Notes: generated by a model from the sequence alone, not told the origin. A stretch of DNA of 59,208 bases, filler included, from Sphacelaria rigidula (GCA_964200075.2; 10 parts of 10 records of this genome joined end to end with filler, not necessarily neighbours in it); one strand, 5' to 3'. Counted from the whole stretch's first letter, positions 38,613 through 52,357 are shown. Numbers and translations are program-made.

Positions 38613-40993
38613 GTGAAGAGAAAAAACCCAGGAAAGTCTTGACTTGAGTATATACAATCCAGTCCCACATTTCAGCACTGTTGTAGTGATAAGCGAATCG
38701 TTCTTAGTGTTGATCGCACATCATCTTCGAAGTCGTAATGGGGAAGGTACGGGGCGTATAACTAAGGTCCCGGGAAAAACATGTGAGCGAACCCTGAACT
38801 CTTGTTCTGTATCCAATACTGCCTGTTGTGCGTTACAGGTGTACAATGTACAGTATCTCGTAGTGCAAAACATCACCACTTGTTGTAATATAATGGCCAC
38901 TACATCGCTATCACGCAAAGTTGCGTAACACCCCTTTCGCGTTGTAGTTGGGAGACTGTGTGTGTAGTGCAGTGCAGGGTACCCCTCTGGTACGCTGCCC
39001 GCGCGTCAAATACTCGGGGTCTTGATTCCGTTCGCTCCATGTCCATATGTGTGTGTTACATAGTACATTTCCGTTTCTTGGGTTGAAGTTTTCTCACCGA
39101 CCTCTTTCCTACCTGAACGTACTTTTGATCGGGTTTTTTTCTTTTTTTTCTGCACCATTGACGTGCGGTGTGTGTGAGTGAGTGAGCGAGTGTGTGTGAG
39201 TCATCTTGCTCTCGCCCACTTCCTTACCGAAGCAGCATATTTTTCGCCACGTACTTTCATTCAGGCGTCCTTTATATATGCTTTGCTCGGTTGCAAATGA
39301 GATCCACGCCTGAGATGCAACACCCTCATCAACAGCACCCACACCACCGGCATTCATTGTTCATCAGCTTGTATCTGTGAAGATATGCCTCTGGTACGCA
39401 AAAAGCCGGACGACTTGATGGAGGTGGGTCTACCCTATTTCGCAATGCGTGGGTGACATTTTCTGAATCAATGCCAACCCGGAATCTTACCCCAACCCGA
39501 GCCATACCGAGAACCCTGGGGCAAGAGCGGTGCAAAGGATATCGCGGCAAAGTGTATTTTGGCAGACCTCGAATCAGCGCCTGCGTGCCGATTCGGGTGA
39601 GAACGCGTTCTGCCCGCACTATATTTGGAGCCCTCGGGACTGTCAGCCCTACTACAGTAAATATCCGGATATCGCTATTTTCACTGAAATTAAGTATGTT
39701 TCAACGTTCAACCATGAACAAATGGTGGACGAACTGAGGAAAACTTTACTGGAGGACGCTTCATATCCCGTCGAGGTCATGCTTTGTGGCTTGTCACTTT
39801 GTCACTTCCTTGCCTGTAGTGGTTCACACACTACGAGCGAGGCCTCGCCCGATACGCCTAGCACCGCCAGTAGATGCATGACCCGCACACCAGTTGGTGG
39901 GAGACAGGCACTGCAGTATGTACATCACCGATGAGACCGATTTGGCAATACTCGAGAGTTGAGATTGCGTTGCTGCCACACGGTGCTGTCTTCATTTCAC
40001 TGCGTTAACATGTAGCCTTTCATGTATCGAGAAAAATACCTTTTATCCCATGTTCATCCAAAACAGACTGTAGTCTCGGGATAGAGAGACACCCGTCTGG
40101 TATTATATTCGGAGTATACAACTGTCGGCTACCGTCCTCTCCTCTGCGGTCTTGATGATTCCACCTGTACCCACGAGCAGCTGCGTCTCACTTCACCGTT
40201 GAAGGCACGCACAGCAAGCACTGGCGTAGACTAGTTTTCTGTCTGCACCATAGTCGTGTTTTGGGGGGGAAACCGAAATTATTCTAATTTCATGTCTGCA
40301 CTGCTAGCCCGAGAAGTCGTGGGATCATCCCAGAGTTGTGTGCGGTTTCGAATCTATGATTCGTCTCGTGTTACCTGTTACTATTCCAACCCGTACCTGA
40401 AAAGTGCCGACTCTGGAAGGTCAAGTACACGATTTGTCATGTGTCCTACATGTCCGCATTCCTGTAACAAACTCCACGTCATCCATGCACGAACACAACG
40501 TACTTTCGTACAAACAAAAGGCCACAGCAGGTAGCACAGGACCGAATCCAATATGGCGGCGAAAACTAATTACCAAACGGCAAAAATCTTTCTGTACGCG
40601 TACTCACGGCGATTCGCAAACCGTCAGTCTTTCTTCAATTCAAGAATAATTACGACGAAGCTCATGCTGGTCTTGTCATGGCTTTGATCTGCCAGTGAAG
40701 TTGCAAGGCCACATCTAATGTTTGTCTAGTAGATGCATGCATGTGCAGGGACGACAGCACGAGGCAGCTCGTACAATATCACACAACAGATGCGTACAGG
40801 TGTAATACCGTCCAGTTACGTTTCCGAATTCCTCGCACCAACCAAAATCTACCGAAACATGAGATACTCCATGCCCTGGTTGATGGTATGCCGGTGTGTT
40901 GAAGCCGGCCAGTTTTAGCGAGTTGTTTGTTCTGTTCGAACAATTGATTTCCATATATGAGTTCGCTTGTTTTATCCAAGAACTGTGTGTTGA

Positions 40994-41093
40994 CCCTTAG
41001 ACCGCGAGTTTAGTCTTCTGTTGAATCGGCATCAATTTCAAATGAAAAAAAAGTATGCATGATCCAGAAAGACATCATCTCGCGGTCTAAGGG
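40994..41093. mobile_element. 100-bp piggyBac-like MITE
   Basis: Perfect 15-bp TIR CCCTTAGACCGCGAG/CTCGCGGTCTAAGGG; inverted homologue at 46260-46357. The flanks here (TTGA/ACGG) are not a clean TTAA. Confidence 0.75.
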
Positions 41094-41351
41094 ACGGGCT
41101 GTGGCGGGGCTGAGTAATTGCCGGATAAGAAATTGTCGCCACGGCTCCACCATGGGAGAGGGACGGGATGATCGATCGGGGGGAGGGGGCTAGGGTGGTT
41201 CATTCTTGAGTCCTTTAGGATAGGTCTTGATCCTTGAATCATTTTTCAAATGAAAAGTGCGGATATTTTTTACAGATACATTACTGTCGTGACCGTCAAG
41301 GGGCCAGAGCGGCCAAGAACATTTTTTCACGTGTAGAATTCTTCTTTCGAA

Positions 41352-41417
41352 GTTGTTGTTGTTGTTGTTGTTGTCTTCACATTAAAAGCCGTTCCGATAT
41401 CTGCGCGGTACATTGGT
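41352..41417 (-). mobile_element. 3' end of a non-LTR retroposon with (AAC)n tail
   Basis: (gtt)n-gtcttcacattaaaa matches the reverse complement of ~2135-2160. Confidence 0.6.
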
Positions 41418-44400
41418 NNNNNNNNNNNNNNNNNNNNNNNNNNNNNNNNNNNNNNNNNNNNTTAATTAATTAANNNNNNNNNNNNNNNNNNNNNNNNNNN
41501 NNNNNNNNNNNNNNNNNTTCACTGATTGACCGCTTTTCACTCTCAATCGTATCATCTACTCTCAATCTCACGAAAACACTGTTTTAAGTCCCCAGTCGCT
41601 TGCGGTGCAGCGTCTCTCAACTCGGCAAGTCTCAAGCACGGCCGTCGCACGGCGGTTGGTTTCGCCCCCGGTGTTTGTCCAAGTCAGTGCATGGGCCACA
41701 AGAAGGCTCCACTCGCTTCCCCGTAAGGTGGAACAACACCTGTTCGTCGATGTTTTCCGCGAAGATGTTCAGCTGTAATTTTCTGCAAGAAGAGTAAAAA
41801 ATGAAAGTCTGAACGTAGTTTGGTCACATTCAGTATTTCATTTCATGATCCCCAGGTTCTCTGAATTTCGAGCAAGAAGAAAAGAGAGTGTACTGTTATT
41901 GTCCATTGTCGTTACCGTGTAATGTGCTCCAGCAAATGTGTAGCATGCTGGCAGCACACAGAAAACACACGATGACAGGACATGCGGCAACCACTGCTTA
42001 CGTGGAGCCCTACTACTGTACAGCAAGATGATCAGTGTACCTCGATTTGAATCGAGAGATTTCACATGGCCGGCGTTGCATGTGCCCTTCTCACCTGTCT
42101 ATGTTCGCAACAACCGGTTCGAAGATAGTCATGTGTGACTAATATTCTTGACCCGACCAAGAGTGTGTTTCGAGAGATGGTGTGTGTTTCCGAACCGACA
42201 GGGTGGGCCATTTCCTACTCAATATCCGTTCGCTCTGAAAACATTCTCATCGTTTTTTAACAAGTCTTCCGTGTTTCGAATCGAAATTCTCGAGCCGCCA
42301 TGCTTCATAAAAGCGCCTCTCCGGAAGAGAAAAAGGTGAGGACGACCACCACCTTGTGTTCTACGGGATGAATCAGCTCCTCAGGAAAACCGCACCGAAA
42401 GTCGTCAAATTATTCTGGAATCCTCTCACACAGGGCAAGTAATTTCAAGGTGTTGTGTACTCGTATTCCACCTGGCCGCATATTCAGGCGGAAAACACTG
42501 CCGAAGGGTCAGAATATATCATCATACACGGTTTTCAAGAGTGTCGGCGCTTCTGGCTGCATAGGGGGAAGTGATATCAACTACCTTTCGTTCGTCATCA
42601 ATGTACGATCTAGGCCAGCCGTCGGACGCAGAACCCGTGCGCACACCACACTTTCTGCACTTGCTCGAATCAGCTCGATCTGAGCATGTCACTGTGCACT
42701 ACAGACCAACTCGGTGATGCAAGCTCTGCTGAGAAGGAACAAAATGAAGAAAAATGTACTATGCAACATAATGTATGACCTCAACGACGGAACCGGATTC
42801 TGGGGAAATGAAAGAGGATCTGTCGGGATTTGGACTCGTGACCTCCATGAGTGATCTCTCCTCCATCAGTGCGATTGCAGGGGCCCAGCGGTGTCACGCC
42901 AAAATTCCATGCGTAGCCCAATTTCGGGACGTCAGCCGAAGTTTTACCCGGATCCCCTGTGCGTAATGAAAATATTCCCTTTTCAGGGTGCTACGGCTTT
43001 TTTACAATTTGTTTTACATGGAGTTAGTTAGGTCATCATCTAGTTTTGCTGAAGTTCGAAATCGCTCAAACTTCCTGCTTTTGTCTCCTTTTTTCGTATC
43101 CGGATGATTGTTTTGCATCTCGATGATGAAGAAAGTCGTCTCAAAACTTCAGCGTTTGACTCCTCAATTTCAACCGCGCGTCACCCTCCCCCTGAAACTA
43201 AAATGTCGGCTGGCCCAGCTCGTAGAGTGCTTGAAATCGGTCAGAGCGGTAGGGTGGATGGGAGGAGGACTCGAATCCAAGTAGTTGTCGCGTTCGCACG
43301 ATATTTTCCTTTTAGTATCATCAGGAGTGTGTGATTTGTGTTGTTGAAGATGTGAGACAAGTAGCATATATTTCACTGACATGCAGACTCGCTTCGGCGT
43401 TCTAGAAGCACAGACAGGAAGAACATGCTTCACGTACGTGAAAAAATGCTCATGTACTCAGTCCAGGATGTCAAAAGGAATCCCGCACACCTGCGTACCC
43501 TCTCCCACTGCCCCCCCCCCGCGGAGGAACATTTGTTTTTGAGCTCACGCTATCCTTCTTCTGTCTCTCCCCTTTCGACCCGTGTGTACAATGCACGTTG
43601 CCCCACAAACACGTGCTGGACACAAACTTGTCGGAAACACCTGCATGCTGCTGTGGGTTGGCTTGGCTTCATTTGATGGTCGTAGGGTGGAGACGATCCT
43701 CAACCAAGGCTATCCCCTGCGGCAACCTTGGACAAATGTTGCAAAAACAACAGACAAAACTTACAGATATCTCAGCTTGTGTAAATAGGAGAGAGCGGGA
43801 GGACCTCATGATGGCCCTACAATGACGGTGGTAGAGTGTACAGTGTTCCAAATAATATAGTGTGGGTCGTATTTTGCAACGAGGTTTCATAAAATTTAGT
43901 GTGGGGTACAGTGGGCTCATTTTCGAAGATGATGTCCTCAAGGTGGCTAGTTCCTTCACCGATGAGTATCAGTCACCGTCCAAATAGTACCGTATATTTC
44001 CGTGATGGCTGGGTACCGTGATAAACGTCACCAACTTCCAAAAGGCCCGCCGAAGTAAATCTTGTTTCTATTTTTTTTGTATATAATATCCTCACCGTTT
44101 ATTTTTGTCATCTTCATTTTATTCAATTATTCTTTTCTAGTCTTCCTCTATTGCTATGTTTATTTTCATTAGTGCATTTTCTTCATGTTTTAGTTTTCTT
44201 GTTTCTCTTTCCACTTTTCTTCACTCATTAGATCATTGTTTTTTTGTTGCTATCGTTTATTTTCCCATCTAACTCTGTTCTTTCCTTCGAACATCTTCAT
44301 TTTTATTTCATTTTATTTCTTTGTCTTTTTATTCCGTCTAATAGTTTTATTCTTTTCCTTTGATTCTACTGTATTTTATTCAAATTATTACAGTTTTACT

Positions 44401-44904
44401 TATTCATTTTCTTTCTACATCTACGTACCCGGGGGAGTACGTAGATCGTATGCTACCCCCCCGACACATGAGGGAGATGGGGGAGTAACCCACCTCCAAC
44501 ACCGCTTCATTTGGTTTAAGATGCAGTTGGAGTTCGGTTGTATAATACATTGCGTGGCGTTTGTGTGGGGGAATGGTGTTTTGGTACCCCCCCTGAGAGG
44601 TCCAGAATAAAAAAGAAAGGATACGTAGTTGTACAGTTCTTTTTCGTGCACCCTTGCCTCAGTCCGTTCAAAATTCGTCAGCATGCGCTCTGTAGGCGGT
44701 TCAGGCATCAACCCACGCCCAATACGACCACGAGAACAAAAACATGTGGCTACAGCAGACACCGAGCAGTAAGAGCATTGCAGCACCCGTGCATGTATAC
44801 GTAAGCGGACGGAAGTGCAAAATGTAGTACTTCAGCACAAACTAGCTAGTCGTGAACTGATCAGCCTGTGACGCCAGCAAGAAGAAGAACTGGTGGATCA
44901 CTGC

Positions 44905-45142
44905 TGTTGAGGGACTCCCTAGTCGCACTGGCCTCAGTTTCAGTTGTCAGCCTTCACAACATTACATTATCATGAAGTGCCTTACCAGGTATCAACCTTC
45001 TAAACACGCCGGGCATCATCCTCGTGTCCCGGTCATTATCCAGAATCCTTCCAGAATCCTCCAGAAGCCCCGAGCCCCCAGTAATTATCCAGATCATCAT
45101 TATTACCAACTCAACGTAACACGACGTATTTTCGTCGCTGCA
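44905..45142 (-). mobile_element. Putative 3' LTR of the chromodomain Gypsy element
   Basis: On the minus strand a short G-run (45143-45147) precedes TG(CAGCG)...CCCTCAACA; the CCCTCAAC end is also seen at ~8166-8173 in the related contig-2 element. Confidence 0.5.
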
Positions 45143-46068
45143 CCCCCAAAGTGCGTTGGACGAAAATCGATCAAGAAGCTTGACACATGAAAAAATGCCG
45201 AAACGATGAGTGATTCACAACTGAATACCAAACTCACTCGTAATGAGAGCAGCAACGGCACGAGTCACGCGCAATTCACGCAACTCCTTCGTAAGAAAGT
45301 CCGGAGCGGCCTCAAAAACATCCCTGAAAGGCTCCCATGTATGCGCCTCAACTACGAAACCAACCCAGTCAACCAACACGATCAACGAACGATCGTCTGC
45401 TTCTGCCACTCGGGTAATACCAGCCATCTGGAATTGCCCCTGATTGAAAGCATGCTGGAACACGTCCTTAACGTCAGCCGTAACATTAAGCTGCGAGTCT
45501 GCATTAAAACGCAAACGAGCTACATGGACAATCAGAACACGAGCCGAAAAAATGTTCTGAATCTCAAACACGTGCGGGTGGTGAGCCCCAACCACTCTCC
45601 ATGGACCAGTCCACGTCGCCATCAACTTGGGCGTAACGCCCGGAGGATGCATGCGTGCATACAATACATAGTCGTCTACCTCTAAATTCGGCAGTTCCAG
45701 CCCCTACAAGGACCCCTCACGTCTACGCGCACGCTCAGCGGCAACACGTTCCTCCACTTGAACGTGGAAACGTTCTTGCAAGTCCGAGACTCCTGGTAAT
45801 CCACTCTTAATTTAAACATCGTCCAAAACATCACATTTCCATTCCCCCGCCGACGAAGACGCCAGAACCGAGAAAGGCGTCCGAGGAGCACAACCAAACA
45901 TCACGTGATACGGCGTACTATCGTAACGATGACTATAGGCTGTATGAAGTGCCCATTGTACCGCAGGAATCACGTCCACCCACTCGAAAACCGCCCCACG
46001 CTGCTCGACAAAAATAGCGCGAAGAGCACGAACTACTTCCTTGACCATGCTTTCGCGCATGCCATTAG

Positions 46069-46503
46069 TGTGTGTGTGTTGTCGTCCCATCTGTTCTGGA
46101 CGCCGGTCTACGCACCTTTCGGTGTATGTGGGAAGGCCAACACAGGAGCTTTTTCGTTTTTATTTGTTTTTAGTACCCCACCTTCCTTCTGCGGTGCTTG
46201 CCTTTTTATTTTTTATCGCGAAAGGAGTTTCGCAGTCCCTTTCCGTCGTCGACGGTCAACCCTTAAACCGCGAGATTAGTCTTTTTGGATCAGGCATACT
46301 CTTTTTTAGTTGAAATTGATGCCAATTCAACAGAAGGCTAACCTCGCGGTCGAAGGGTTAAGTCGAATTTTGTGTACCCACGACAGAGTCGCTCTCCACT
46401 GTTGGGCATGGTGTGAGAAAAAAACTCGGACCGCTCCGGGAATTGGATCCACGATGCAACCGTCGGAAGGTTTCGAGGCTACCAACTGAGTCACCGGGGC
46501 GAC
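46069..46503 (-). mobile_element. tRNA-derived SINE inserted in the Gypsy integrase
   Basis: tRNA-like head ggtcgccccggtgactcagttggt, (CA)n tail, 7-bp TSD CCRTTAG (46062-46068 and 46504-46510); homologous to 54427-54771. Confidence 0.85.
46260..46357. mobile_element. piggyBac-like MITE nested in the SINE
   Basis: TCAA|CCCTTAAACCGCGAG...CTCGCGGTCGAAGGG|TTAA; absent from the SINE copy at ~54610. Confidence 0.8.
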
Positions 46504-47480
46504 CCGTTAGACCACGGAGAAAACGCCACCGCAAACTGGTTATCAACGCGCGAAGCCTATCGTAATCGGGCTACGATCGCATTCTTGACATGCGTGGCGG
46601 TATCACTCACCCACACACGCGGCACCCCCACAGTTTTGCACCAATTCAGCATACATGCAGCAGTCGATTCAGCAGTACACACTGCTACTGGTTACAAAGA
46701 CACAAAGCTGCTTAACTCATCCATGATTACCAAAATGTATCGAAACCCAGCATCCTCCGACAGACCTTCGGCAGTCAGCGGGCCACTCTCGCCCTCGTAC
46801 AAGAAATCAAACTGAACGACTTTATTCGGCGTGGTCCCGTGGACCGTTTCGCCGAGCGGACGGGGAACAATAGATATTATATCGCCCGCCCTCGAGTCAG
46901 CACGGTGAAGACACTGGCGGACAAATTCGCGCACATGAGTTTCTATCCCCTGGTAGACACAAAACTCTTGCAAGCGCACGAGCGTCGCAGCCATACCACG
47001 ATGCCCGGCGCCGCACACGCGCGCGCGTATCGTCAGACGTACCTGCAACTGCTTGTCAGAGCTCGGAATCCACAAAACGTTTCGGGCACGCACATGCACA
47101 CGAAACGGACCTTTATTGTCCAAGATAGCAGTACCAGCGTCCGACTCGAAATATTGCACATCTGCATCTAAAACTATATTCGTGAGATTCAGAGGGTAGT
47201 TTCAGATTCAGAGTGAGACCCGAAACAATCGACTTTCCCATCGATTTTGACATCGCCACAGTTCAAGGAGTAATGCTCCCAGCTGGTGAAGCGGTGGCTT
47301 CAATGAAAGCTGTCACCTACACGATCGATTTGACACATCACTTGATCGNNNNNNNNNNNNNNNNNNNNNNNNNNNNNNNNNNNNNNNNNNNNTTAATTAA
47401 TTAANNNNNNNNNNNNNNNNNNNNNNNNNNNNNNNNNNNNNNNNNNNNCTTCTGACCCTGTCACTACACGGCCTATTATA

Positions 47481-47728
47481 CGGCCAATACTTGGAGTTGG
47501 ACCCTGAAATTTGGTATGGACAATGAGTAGGGCATAATAAAAACAATTACTGACGTACACAAGGTTTTTTTTTCATGAGTTAAGGGCAATAATCAGTTTT
47601 CAGATATCGGTAAAATGCCCCTAACTTATGAAACAAAAAACTTACTTGTGTACGTCAGTAATTTTTTTTATCGTGCCCTACTCAGTGTCCATACCAAATT
47701 TCAGGGTCCAGCTCCAAGTATTGGCCGT
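47481..47728. mobile_element. TA-flanked foldback MITE (Tc1/mariner-like)
   Basis: TA|CGGCCAATACTTGGAG...CTCCAAGTATTGGCCG|TA with ~110-bp palindromic arms. Confidence 0.85.
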
Positions 47729-49452
47729 ATAACATGCCTGCAAACTGCAGAATTGCTTCTCGGCTGGCCCAGCTCGTATACTGATTGGTTGATACCAATC
47801 CCGGCATAGTTTGGTATCGCTATTCGACAATAACTTCGCGCATTTGACCGACCCTGAAGCTGCCACTTTGGATCGATCCTGCGGCAGCGGCCGTAAGGGG
47901 GGGAATTTTTTCATCACGCCGCACGGGATTAGAATATTTGCCTCAAATTCCGGGTTCGAATAATTTGTGGCTCGGAACCGAATTATGAATATTCGTCGAT
48001 TCGAATTGGAAGTCGAATTGACGAATGATTGTTCCAATTCCTACATCTTTAATAACAAGATACCGAGGGCGGGTCGGGTGGGGTATGTAGTTCATAGTTC
48101 CGGGGATAACGCACGGAGTGTACTATGCGTGCTTGTTCGTACATGCACATAATACAGTGCAGTTCAGCACAGAACCGCTAATTGAAGCAGGCGTCTTCTC
48201 CGAGCGGACGGATGCTGTACAGGCTGCGTGGGGCACACTTGACGGTGTGGATAGGTAGACGCGACCAGTGCACAGTAGTATACAGTACAGTACAGTGCGG
48301 TACAGTGCGACGCAGGACAGTACGACAGTGCAACACAGTGCAAAATGATACAGTGCAGTGTGCAGCCACCAGGATCCTGTCATGTCTCCTGTCTAGGTAC
48401 GTTTTCACCCAACGCTTCATTCATCCCTTCGAGGATCAAAATGCAGAGCGGAGAGAGTCAAGTCGGTGCTGTACATCACTCCATCAGGCCCTTCACTGTG
48501 CTGCGTATGCGTCTGGGCGGAGTCAATAACCAGTCACCCTTGCAGGCTAGGGGCGGTACTCTGGCCCTCGGACAGCATGGAGGATATCTTCTATATATAC
48601 CTTGAAGATTATCTCTCTTCTCGTCCCTTTGTTGCTGGCCCGTGTTTGATTCCGCGGCGGAGTGAGAAAGGGATCCCGACATGAATGGCCCCGAAGCGAT
48701 AGCTCAATCTGTCGTGGTTGACTTACTGGGTCAACATATGCGGGCACAAGACGCACCACGTTGACACTACCGCTTAATAACAAACCGTTGCAGGTTCCTC
48801 ACATGCACAACCGACTTGATGGGGACCGCTTCCAATTTTAGGATGAAGACAAACAGAATGCTGGTTGTCGACTACACGCCGTAGCACCGCCAAGTAATGT
48901 ACCCAGTGAATCTCTCGGGAAATAGGCCTCAAGCCCTCTAGATTTTTTGCAGGGACTATTCTTACTTCTACATGCACACGTACGTGTGACATATACATAC
49001 CCGTTTTGGCATTTTGCGTTGTATACTGCACCTGGTTACGTGAAAATAAATACTTATCATACTTTGCACACTACAACCCGTAGCTGTTGACCGAATTAGG
49101 CAATACATTCATCTACTCTGCTCAGTTAAAGGCCGACCTACGCCAACAGCTTCGACACGAATGCACTCACTAACTCACTCACACTCATACCTCAACCCGT
49201 GACTTTCAAAGGATCACAACGCATCACAGGGTAAACAGCAATGTACAGCTGGCGTTTGCATTTTGCTCTAGCACTTGAATGAAGAATTTTATAACCAATT
49301 GAAGCATCAGGGGAACCGCAGTATTCAATCGCTTCGATGCACATCACGACGGGCAAATATCACCCTCACGCCGGAGGACACGGCAAACGATACACACACA
49401 CGGGATCAATAGCGCCTGAAATACACGAGAGAGATTGAATGAACGTGTTTAT

Positions 49453-49714
49453 CTACAACATGCGGGGGGGTACACTGAGCCCTTTCCCTTCAGCAAGCGA
49501 AGGCACCTCGTCGGGAATCTCTCCGCGGTTGAAGTGCAAAAATAGCGCCATCTCCGCGTAACCCTTGCCCCCATTCCGACCGACACGCCCTCTGCCCGCT
49601 TGCGACGACAGCATGCGAGCCTCTGCCCCGTGAAGCTCGTGACTTAGCTCCGATACTTTGGCAGACGATGGTAGTGACAGCAGCACCCGAGCAGCGCGAG
49701 CCAGGTAAGGGAAC
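49453..49714 (-). CDS. hAT-transposase-derived gene, last exon (hATC dimerisation-like domain)
   Basis: cattag|G acceptor completes AG-G = Arg: RFPYLARAARVLLSLPSSAKVSE...YAEMALFLHFNRGEIPDEVPSL...stop. Confidence 0.8.
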
Positions 49715-50244
49715 CTAATGGAGAAAAGGTCAACAAGGAGGGCCATACAGCAAAAAACGCGGGGTAGGTTAGGGTGCACGCGCGACGCGTGATGCTTCAC
49801 CGCCTACTTGTGTTCACCAATTGATTAGTCTTGATGAACACTACAGAGTCTGGAAACACGTACTCGAAGGGAAGAGGCATCCGAACTCGATCCAACAGAT
49901 GTCAACACTAGGTATATGTACGAAAGTCATTGCCACGCGAACTGCAAGGGCATGAGGAACATGAGTCTAGGCCGGTGACTGGTGATACGGAACAACTAGC
50001 AAATACCATGAACAGTATATCGACACCCGCAATGGTGGTCGCAACACGGAGTTTCTCATACGAGACCATCTACTGTATTGGCTAATCCAGTACGACACAT
50101 CGACGTTGTGGGGTCTAAACGCCCAGATGCAGCAATACCGACACTACTGCTGAGCACACACCCTGACCGTCAGCCGCGTAAACCCTAGAGGATATCGCAA
50201 ACGCCGCTCCACAAGACGGAAAAAAACATTCGACCGACCCCCAC

Positions 50245-51016
50245 CTCCCAGAGCCCTCGGGGGACGCCCAAAAAGGCAACAAACTCTCCAGCGGAGGGTT
50301 GCCGAACGTCCTCTTCGAACCCAAAGCCTTGAAGCTCTCCAGCTCGGCTTCTGCGCGCTCCCTGTGCATCCACTTCGTATCGTTGCACTGGGAAACATCG
50401 GGTGTCGCGCCGAACAGTCCGCTCTCCAGGATGAATATAACGTCCTCCGAGCTATCTTGACACTCGGCGGCTGGGGGGATGTTGGGGGTATTACAATTTG
50501 CATCAGCTGCGGCGACGCTTGTCGGCCCTCCACCCTCACCACCACCTACACCGTTAACGGAAGGTTTGTGCGTCATCTTTCGGCGCTTAGTACCAGGGCT
50601 GTCGCTACTGTCGATGTCGGAACACGGGGCGGTTCGCAGCGCTCGTGGGGAGTTGGGAGTGTGTCCATCTCTACCTCCACCTTCATCACCTTCACCACTA
50701 CCATCACCGCCCACGCTTTCTGCCGCGTCTTCTGTCCCCCCTTCGCCTTGAGATGGCTGTTGTGCAGAATCCTCATCCCTGGGCGCTTTGCGTTTTTTTT
50801 CTATTTTTATGTAGCTACTCGCATTTTGGACGTCTTTCGAATGTCGATCTGCGGCCTCGGCCAGTTGTGTTGCCAATGCCACGACCTTCCCCCACACCAT
50901 GTCTTTCACTTTGGCCGCGTGGGCCGGACTGCTTGCAAGAGAGTCAACGATCGTTAGCTGGCTCAGGAAGGGGTCCATACATGCCGTCATCTCGAGCAGG
51001 TAGCCCACGCTCGTAT
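50245..51016 (-). CDS. hAT-transposase-derived gene, middle exon
   Basis: cgcag|AT acceptor (phase 1) and AG|gtgggg donor (phase 2); GYLLEMTACMDPF...VKDMVWGKV...AEAELESFK...LLPFWA; no stops. Confidence 0.78.
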
Positions 51017-51921
51017 CTGCGGTACGTGAGGTGGAGGAGTAGCGACAAATAACACAACGTCGTTTGTCATAGAGTCAACTACGCGAAAAGTGACGTAAAA
51101 TGCTAGAAACGTTTACAACGTGGTCAAAGACTCATCAGCTTCAATTTGCCATATTTTTTCTCGGTTCCTTAAGCATGAACCAAGACGAAACATCATCCAA
51201 AATACAGTAAAATAAAAATTTTAATTGGCATGAATGTAATGGTGCCCTTTACAGCAAACGAAAGATGAGCAAATGGGTGTAGCACGTATCCTGCTCTCCA
51301 CTTCCATGGCGGGTAGGGAGGGGCATGGTCCAAAAGCGGTCAACGCAAATGGGCACATCAAACTGCTCTCGATGCCATTTTGCAATGCAACAAAACGCAC
51401 GACGTGGAGGCGGGCCTATCATACAGGAAGGATCTACTGCATAGTTGAGGAATTCGGCTCGTGTGAGGAGCAACGACACGCCGAGATTCAGCTCCACACA
51501 GCTCTCACGAACTGCGTCCACGACTGCAAAATGATGCTAAACCAAAAGCAGCACCTTTGCCACCGCCCTTCTACTACAAACGCGTCCCAAGCTGGAGTGC
51601 TATAAGTTCGCCGTGTCTGACGGATGGTCTTGTTTTCGACTCGTAACGGAACACGTCTTACTGCGCAATATCCTACACCACGCGCTTCACGTACCGCCAG
51701 TTGTACACAGTTCGGATTCTCGCCTGTGGACAAAAACATGATTTTGCCTCGTGACAGCTTGAAGGTTTGCCGCAACTGCTCATTTCGAAACTGGACCATT
51801 GGGATTGTTTGGGCTCAATCACCAATGATTCTTGGTTGAGACTTTTTATCAACTGTAGGGAGGAGACGTTTTTACTGGAGAATGGCGATACAGGTCACCA
51901 GCTCACGTCTTGTTCATGTAC

Positions 51922-52357
51922 CTTCATCGCCACTCCCATTCTCGCGGTCGGAGCAGCACCACTCGTTGTAGCGGGAGTCGAAGAAATTCCTATCAAGCGC
52001 CTTACCAAGCCGAGCACGGCTACTCCTCGTTTCCTCGTCCAGCTTCGACACCATCCGCGAGCTCTTGTCTAGCACAACGCGCTCTCCACCACCACTACCG
52101 CCGCCGTCTTTACGCGCGACTTCTGGCTGAGCAAAACCCTGCCGCGGCCCCACCCCGTTCTCATCCCTTCCCAATCGAGACCTGGCACCGCTGCCGCTAC
52201 GGCCCTTGCGCGGGATTTGTACCAGGAGCGGCTTTGCGGGCTCTGCGACGGTGAGTCTTAGTGTGGCTAGTTCCACCAGCGAAGATACGGCCGTTGCCGC
52301 AGAGAGTCGCCGTGAACGTTCCAGGACGGCTGCTACTGGCTTTATCACGGAGAACGC
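51922..52357 (-). CDS. hAT-transposase-derived gene, most upstream visible exon
   Basis: ttgcag|GCG acceptor and G|gtacat donor; AFSVIKPVAAVL...LATLRL...RARLGKALDRNFFDSRY; splices in frame to 51016. Confidence 0.7.

Larger units (their letters stand above)
45215..47165 (-). mobile_element. Degenerate Gypsy integrase with GPY/F motif and chromodomain
   Basis: HHCC region GHRG...VRQCLH and QFDFLY (46692-47159); core SPWSNG/EWVDVIPAVQWALHT...TPY..MFG; WTGPWRV; chromodomain VLVDWVGF....TWEP. WIPSSDKQL matches the contig-2 element. Confidence 0.9.
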
